A program made the translations under genes and the position numbers. Positions 29,507-33,909 of a DNA stretch of 33,909 nt are shown one piece after another (the stretch's first letter is position 1; every line of letters begins with the position of its first letter). Under the pieces are notes generated by a model. That model saw only the letters and a program-made list of their open reading frames with translations, made no database searches and was not told where the DNA came from. The stretch is from a virus: the UHGV virus genome UHGV-1464012; one strand, given 5' to 3'.

Positions 29507-29836
29507 TTAGTCATCCATGGATGGATTGAGCTTATCTCGTGTTGATGTGGCAATTTTCCCAACATTTTTCAACCAAGATTTTAAGAAGGATATGTCGTCC
29601 TTAATATCATGAATATCCTCATTCTTTATACGATCAACCTTATCCTCTAAGCTCTCTATAGAACGCTCAATGCTAGACAGAGAGATTTTTAAGTCCCCTT
29701 GCTCACGTTCCAGTGAGGATTTGAGAGCACAATATTCGTTTTCTAGAATTCCTATTTTTTTTGTTAGAGAGTGCATTCGATACTCATACACCAAACCAGA
29801 AACGACTAATGCAGCCAACAGAAACCATTCAAGCAC
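29507..29836 (-). CDS. membrane-anchored coiled-coil protein (moron; candidate superinfection-exclusion or abortive-infection factor)
   Basis: N-terminal hydrophobic helix (LEWFLLAALVVSGLV) then charged heptad-like sequence; GTG start with a strong AAGGAGG 5 nt upstream; AT-rich; convergent with the gp16-like gene. Confidence 0.6.
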   Translation of the reverse strand: MLEWFLLAALVVSGLVYEYRMHSLTKKIGILENEYCALKSSLEREQGDLKISLSSIERSIESLEDKVDRIKNEDIHDIKDDISFLKSWLKNVGKIATSTRDKLNPSMDD

Positions 29837-30204
29837 ACCAACCTCCTTAGTTTTGAGCAGGATACCAGATGATACTTTATTGGTGGAGTGGTGTGTGAAA
29901 ACGTGTCAACGACAAACCATCCACAACTTGGACGAATGATTTAGCAAAAAGTGCTATTTTTGGTGTTTGGTGTCATAGAAAAGTGAATAGCTCACTTTTC
30001 AACATTGCATGAAACTTGCAGGAAATGTGACATTACCTTATAGGTAACTTCGGCGAAAATGCAGTAAATGTGAAACGTAATGGTTTAAACATGTCGCTAA
30101 AGTGGTTGTAAGTTAGCCTCCGAAGGATTGCTGATAGCTTTGTTATAGTATTAAATGACATTTGACATAGTTGGATACTTAGCTGTGGCTATCAAGATGG
30201 AGGT

Positions 30205-30654
30205 GTGTTCATGCTTACTTGTTTTGATGTCGCCGACTACTTCCTGTCGCGGTGTGACGAGGATAGCGGTGACACAATCTCTAATTTAAAATTACAAAAG
30301 CTTGTTTATTATGCTCAGGGTTTTTCATTGGCGTTGCTTGGCGAGCCTCTTTTTCAGAATAAGATGGAAGCTTGGATGCATGGCCCTGTTGTCCCTGAGC
30401 TTTATCGCCGTTATAAACAATATGGTAATGGCGCTATCCCTTCTCCAGAGTCTTTTGATGCTGAAAAATTCAGCGAAGAACAGTTAGAGCTATTAGAAGA
30501 AGTCTGGGATGTTTTTGGGCAATTTTCTGCCTGGAAACTGAGGAACATGACACACGAAGAGTCACCATGGAGATCAAACTATATTGAGGGTGTTGGTGGT
30601 TCTGAAATTAGCTCTAAGGAGATGGCAGAGTACTTTGCAACTCGGATTAACTAA
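30205..30654 (+). CDS. Panacea-domain (DUF4065, SocA/GepA-like) putative antitoxin
   Basis: 149 aa; NLKLQKLVYYAQGFSLALLGEPLF...EAWMHGPVVPELY matches the DUF4065/Panacea signature as I recall it; GGAGG upstream of the GTG start. Confidence 0.7.
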   Translation: MFMLTCFDVADYFLSRCDEDSGDTISNLKLQKLVYYAQGFSLALLGEPLFQNKMEAWMHGPVVPELYRRYKQYGNGAIPSPESFDAEKFSEEQLELLEEVWDVFGQFSAWKLRNMTHEESPWRSNYIEGVGGSEISSKEMAEYFATRIN

Positions 30655-30658
30655 CGAG

Positions 30659-31078
30659 ATGGCAAGAAAATCTAAAAGGATTATCCCCCCTGCTGAATCT
30701 ACAGGTAAGTTAAAGTTAGGGCCGCAGTCAGGGGGGAATTCAGATCAAAAGAAACCGAAATTTTCATTCTGTTACATCCAAAGCTCTCACTGCATAACGA
30801 AATGCCAAAAAGATGAGAAAGCTGGCTTAGCTGATAAATTATACAGATTAAGTCAACTAACATGGGCAGAGATTAAGCAGCAAGGTAGGCATAAGCTTGG
30901 ATTTGAGAAGATTGCAAGGGGTGCAATTAAAGCTGGTATCCCCGGTCATATAACGGAAGACGTAGATCATTTCTTGGCTTTTAGATTTGATGATTTGAAA
31001 GCCATGGTTGGTTATCGTCTTGGATCGACATTTTTTGTTATATGGCTTGATAGAGAGTTCAACCTATACAAGCACTAA
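30659..31078 (+). CDS. putative toxin partner of the Panacea-domain protein (unknown family)
   Basis: Start 4 nt after the upstream stop (the track ORF begins earlier, at 30584); Lys-rich N-terminus; the C-terminus (MVGYRLGSTFFVIWLDREFNLYKH) loosely resembles RelE/ParE-type toxin ends; AT-rich. Confidence 0.5.
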   Translation: MARKSKRIIPPAESTGKLKLGPQSGGNSDQKKPKFSFCYIQSSHCITKCQKDEKAGLADKLYRLSQLTWAEIKQQGRHKLGFEKIARGAIKAGIPGHITEDVDHFLAFRFDDLKAMVGYRLGSTFFVIWLDREFNLYKH

Positions 31079-31080
31079 TA

Positions 31081-31107
31081 AAACCCACCGTCAGGTGGGT
31101 TTTTTAT
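31081..31107. terminator. bidirectional rho-independent terminator between the convergent toxin and ClpP-like genes
   Basis: AACCCACC-GTCA-GGTGGGTT stem flanked by an A-run upstream and a T-run downstream. Confidence 0.6.
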
Positions 31108-31130
31108 AAGGAGTAATCATGATTTACCCA

Positions 31131-31667
31131 TCAAACAACCCACCAGTTTGCCTGATTGGATGCCAGCCTTGCAGTTTTTATGGAATTAATTATGCCATGC
31201 TCAAGAGCCTTGTTAGCATCCAAAATGGTCGAGTCTGCTATCAGGGATGCCCACCTAATATGGGTTCCGATGTCGATATTGAACGTCTCAACGAAGCGAT
31301 CAAGATCGTTATCGAGGCATTTCCCGTACTCTCTCAATCTGGCATGGTCGGCGGCTGGGGAGGCAAAGCACCATAATAGAGGATGTAACAGGAATCTTGA
31401 TAATGGGTTTGCGAAACGTTCTGAGCCAGCCAGGAAAACGATATTAGCTATGGATTCAACATTGCTTATGTTGTGAGTTCTAACGGTAACAGGGAGTGAC
31501 TTAAGAAAGTTATACGCAGTAAAGCCAGCGGCAGTTTCCCCTCCCTGACTTGATATATGGATATTTAATTCAGTTGCGCCTTGAGATAATGCGGTGAGAC
31601 AGTGGTTCTGAAGTTGCCCAACAGTGGCAGTGTTAACGGGGCATAAGAAATGAATTGTGTGCAGCAT
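31131..31667 (-). CDS. ClpP-fold serine peptidase-like protein (S14-like), co-transcribed with the mnt-like gene
   Basis: 178 aa; ISSQGGETAAG parallels the ClpP INSPGG motif; candidate Ser (VESIAN), His (LLHPL) and Asp positions; start overlaps the mnt-like stop (TAATG). Confidence 0.6.
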   Translation of the reverse strand: MLHTIHFLCPVNTATVGQLQNHCLTALSQGATELNIHISSQGGETAAGFTAYNFLKSLPVTVRTHNISNVESIANIVFLAGSERFANPLSRFLLHPLLWCFASPAADHARLREYGKCLDNDLDRFVETFNIDIGTHIRWASLIADSTILDANKALEHGIINSIKTARLASNQANWWVV

Positions 31668-31915
31668 TATTTTTCATCCTTAGCATACATGGTCTTTAGC
31701 GTCTCAAGTAGCGCCTCTTTGAATTTATCAGCTTCTTGGTTAGCGAATCCTTCAAGTGAGCGAGAGCCATCAAGATTATCAACATGTTTTTGAAGGATAA
31801 GCACGATCTCTGAGTTCATTGATCTGCCGTTTTTATCCGCTTCTTGCTGAATGCGTTTCTTTAAATAGTCTGGAATCCTAATCCCCAATGGACTGATATC
31901 TCTTGCACCTTTCAT
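31667..31915 (-). CDS. mnt: Mnt-like ribbon-helix-helix repressor
   Basis: Internal start MKGARDISPLGIRIP...EADKNGRSMNSEIVLILQ; the NGRSMNSE core matches P22 Mnt as I recall it; GGAGGAG precedes the start. Confidence 0.75.
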   Translation of the reverse strand: MKGARDISPLGIRIPDYLKKRIQQEADKNGRSMNSEIVLILQKHVDNLDGSRSLEGFANQEADKFKEALLETLKTMYAKDEK

Positions 31916-31940
31916 TTCTCCTCCTGCACGCTGTGCGTAG

Positions 31941-32010
31941 CTACACAGTGTAGGCAAAAAAATTTTGACTTTAAATAAACACGGTGTAGTATTTAGTTAT
32001 CACGGTGTAG
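31941..32010. promoter_or_regulatory. divergent mnt / arc-ant control region with three copies of CACRGTGTAG
   Basis: Perfect palindrome CTACAC-A-GTGTAG (31941-31953) plus two direct copies of CACGGTGTAG (31980-31989 and 32001-32010) spaced 21 bp, between the divergent RHH repressor genes. Confidence 0.5.
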
Positions 32011-32023
32011 CAAGCGAGGGGAA

Positions 32024-32164
32024 ATGAAAGTTAGAGACATCGCTCCATTAGGGATTCGTATCCCGCCAGAGATTAAAGAAAAATTGAAGGAAAAGGCTAA
32101 GGAGGAGGGCAGGTCTTTAAATTCAGAAATAGTGCAGCGTCTTATTCGCAGCCTAAAAAGTTGA
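32024..32164 (+). CDS. arc: Arc-like ribbon-helix-helix repressor (46 aa; absent from the ORF track)
   Basis: Hand translation gives MKVRDIAPLGIRIPPEIKEKLKEKAKEEGRSLNSEIVQRLIRSLKS; the EEGRSLNSEI core parallels P22 Arc; GAGG upstream; directly upstream of ant. Confidence 0.65.
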   Translation: MKVRDIAPLGIRIPPEIKEKLKEKAKEEGRSLNSEIVQRLIRSLKS

Positions 32165-32227
32165 AGCCCCAACTGCGGGAACAGTCAGGGCTTCGGTATC
32201 GTAAAACCACGCATAGGAATTAACGAC

Positions 32228-33151
32228 ATGACGAGTGTAGCAATTGCAGAACATACAATCAACGTTCCATTCCACGGAACAAATCTCTTTTTGGTCAGCA
32301 TTAACAATGAACCTTACGTTCCTATGAAACCCGTTGTAGAAGGCATGGGTATGGTTTGGGCTGCTCAATTTGTTAAATTAAAACAGAGATTTGTCAAAGG
32401 TATTTCGGAAATCGAAATACCTTCTGCTGGCGGTAAACAGTTAATGATATGCCTTGCCTTTCGTAAGTTTGCGGCTTGGCTTTCAAGCATTCAGCCAAAC
32501 AAAGTCCGCCCTGAAATCCGCGACAAGGTAATCCAGTATCAGGAAGAGTGTGACGATGTGCTCTACGAATACTGGACTAAAGGCCATGTAGTTAACCCGC
32601 GCAAAGCTAAAAAGGCATTGCCGGGGAAAATCACCACTGAACAGCAGGAAGCCATTAAACAACTCGTCATGAGTCGCGGTCAGTCTCTTCCAAAAGAAAA
32701 ACAGGCTAAGGCGATGATCACCATGTGGTCGTCACTGAAATCCCATTTTGGATGTTCGTACAAAGAGATCAGTGAGGAGCAGTTTACCGAAGCACTATCA
32801 CTTGCAGCTCGAGTTCCACTTGAAGGTGAGTTCATTGGCAAACAAGAGAAGAAAGCAAACGAGCTTTCTGCAAAAGAAGCAAACAGCCTTGTATGGTTAT
32901 GGGATTATGCCAACCGCTCACAGGCATTATTCCGCGAACTGTATCCGGCGCTAAAACAAATTCAATCGAACTATTCCGGCAGATGTCATGACTGCGGTTA
33001 TGAGTTCTCCCGTATTATCGATATGGCGAGAGATGTTTTAATCAACCATACACGAGATGTTGATATTAATGAGCCAGACGGACCAACGAATCTTTCCGCA
33101 TGGATGAGACTTAAGAATAAAGAATTACCTCCTTCAGTACATAACTACTGA
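32228..33151 (+). CDS. ant: antirepressor (Ant-like)
   Basis: 307 aa in the immI position downstream of the Arc-like gene and followed by a terminator. Confidence 0.75.
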   Translation: MTSVAIAEHTINVPFHGTNLFLVSINNEPYVPMKPVVEGMGMVWAAQFVKLKQRFVKGISEIEIPSAGGKQLMICLAFRKFAAWLSSIQPNKVRPEIRDKVIQYQEECDDVLYEYWTKGHVVNPRKAKKALPGKITTEQQEAIKQLVMSRGQSLPKEKQAKAMITMWSSLKSHFGCSYKEISEEQFTEALSLAARVPLEGEFIGKQEKKANELSAKEANSLVWLWDYANRSQALFRELYPALKQIQSNYSGRCHDCGYEFSRIIDMARDVLINHTRDVDINEPDGPTNLSAWMRLKNKELPPSVHNY

Positions 33152-33169
33152 CAGATAACCAACGCAACG

Positions 33170-33194
33170 ACCCAGCTTCGGCTGGGTTTTTTTA
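33170..33194 (+). terminator. rho-independent terminator after ant
   Basis: ACCCAGC-TTCG-GCTGGGT hairpin followed by 7 T. Confidence 0.6.
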
Positions 33195-33251
33195 TGCCCA
33201 AAATTCACCGTAGCCATGCTGCGGCGATTCCTTGTATCTGGAGCAAATTAA

Positions 33252-33909
33252 ATGACAGATATCACCGCAAATGTTGTGGTAAGCATGCCTTCGCAACTCT
33301 TCACTATGGCGCGTTCTTTTAAAGCTGTAGCCAATGGCAAAATTTATATCGGTAAAATTGACACTGACCCGGTAAATCCTGAAAACCAGATTCAGGCTTA
33401 TGTGGAGAACGAAGACGGCTCTCACGTTCCTGTTTCGCAACCAATCATCATTAACGCTGCTGGATATCCGGTATATAACGGACAGATTGCCAAGTTCGTA
33501 ACTGTGCAAGGTCACTCTATGGCTGTGTACGATGCATATGGTTCACAGCAGTTTTATTTTCCTAATGTGCTGAAGTATGATCCTGATCAGTTACGGCGGC
33601 AATTAGAAGACCCAGATGGAGCGAATAAATACCCAAAACTTCAGATAGCAAGATGGAGAGACAGTTATGATGTAAGAGGTTGGGGGGCTATTGGTGATGG
33701 TGTTCATGATGATACATCAGCTCTATCAGAATTACTTTCTGTTGCAACAGGTGGTGAAAAGATAGATGGGCGAGGGCTTACTTTTAAAGTATCAACTCTT
33801 CCAGATGTCAGTCGATTTAAAAATGCTCGTTTTTTATTTGAGAGAATACCGGGTCAGCCTCTTTTTTATGCTTCTGAAGATTTTATCCAGGGAGAGTTAT
33901 TTAAAATTA
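33252..33909 (+). CDS. tailspike protein, 5' part only (P22 gp9-like head-binding domain, then a divergent beta-helix domain; runs off the window)
   Basis: N-terminus [13 protein letters not shown]...[26 protein letters not shown]...[17 protein letters not shown]...NVLKYDPDQ resembles the P22 tailspike head-binding domain; later [15 protein letters not shown] is pectate-lyase-like; GGAG upstream. Confidence 0.85.
   Translation, partial: MTDITANVVVSMPSQLFTMARSFKAVANGKIYIGKIDTDPVNPENQIQAYVENEDGSHVPVSQPIIINAAGYPVYNGQIAKFVTVQGHSMAVYDAYGSQQFYFPNVLKYDPDQLRRQLEDPDGANKYPKLQIARWRDSYDVRGWGAIGDGVHDDTSALSELLSVATGGEKIDGRGLTFKVSTLPDVSRFKNARFLFERIPGQPLFYASEDFIQGELFKI

Noticed and set aside
31119-31376. 85-aa plus-strand ORF with a strong AAGGAG site, antisense to the ClpP-like gene
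   Set aside because: It lies entirely inside the opposite-strand gene that has recognisable ClpP-like motifs, and its product is Cys/Pro-rich and atypical. The AAGGAG is probably fortuitous, sitting in the loop-proximal flank of the bidirectional terminator. It could not be excluded without expression data.
32153-32368. 71-aa minus-strand ORF across the arc-ant junction
   Set aside because: Overlaps the ant 5' end antisense; if anything is expressed from this strand, a short non-coding antisense RNA is more plausible than a protein.
33192-33515. 107-aa minus-strand ORF opposite the tailspike 5' end
   Set aside because: Antisense to the highly conserved tailspike head-binding domain coding sequence; no start context.
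1-33909. CRISPR arrays, tRNA or rRNA genes, integrase, attachment sites, insertion sequences
   Set aside because: No regularly spaced direct repeats, no tRNA-like cloverleaf regions, and no integrase or transposase-like ORFs were seen; the window is internal to the prophage, so its ends and insertion site cannot be assessed.

Overview
This window is a nearly complete internal segment of a mosaic lambdoid (P22-like) prophage or phage genome from an enterobacterial host, with no integrase, attachment site, tRNA or CRISPR array present. All calls rest on reading the six-frame translations and the DNA by eye; no database search was run. From left to right: (1) a leftward early operon (1-4835) with a RecT-family recombinase, several small unknown proteins and a phage-21-like N antiterminator with a nutL site; (2) a P22-type immunity region with the c2 repressor, three operator-like sites, cro, nutR and a cII-like gene; (3) replication genes (O-like initiator and DnaB-family helicase); (4) a lambda-like nin region (NinB, a Dam-like methyltransferase, NinE/F/G/H/I) and the Q antiterminator with pR' and tR'; (5) a lambda-like lysis cassette (S, R, Rz/Rz1); (6) a DUF2829 (Tad2-like) gene; (7) a P22-like morphogenesis block (terminase, portal, scaffold, coat, gp4/gp10/gp26 and ejection proteins); (8) an AT-rich accessory island (29.5-32.2 kb) sitting where P22 carries sieA and immI; (9) the 5' end of a tailspike gene. 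The island is the most interesting part. It holds a membrane-anchored coiled-coil protein, a Panacea-domain (DUF4065) antitoxin-like gene coupled to an uncharacterised putative toxin, and an Mnt-like repressor translationally coupled to a ClpP-fold serine-peptidase-like gene. It also holds an Arc-like ORF missing from the ORF track, sitting divergent from mnt across an operator-repeat region and upstream of an Ant-like antirepressor. Coordinates of non-ORF features are approximate (about +/-2 nt).
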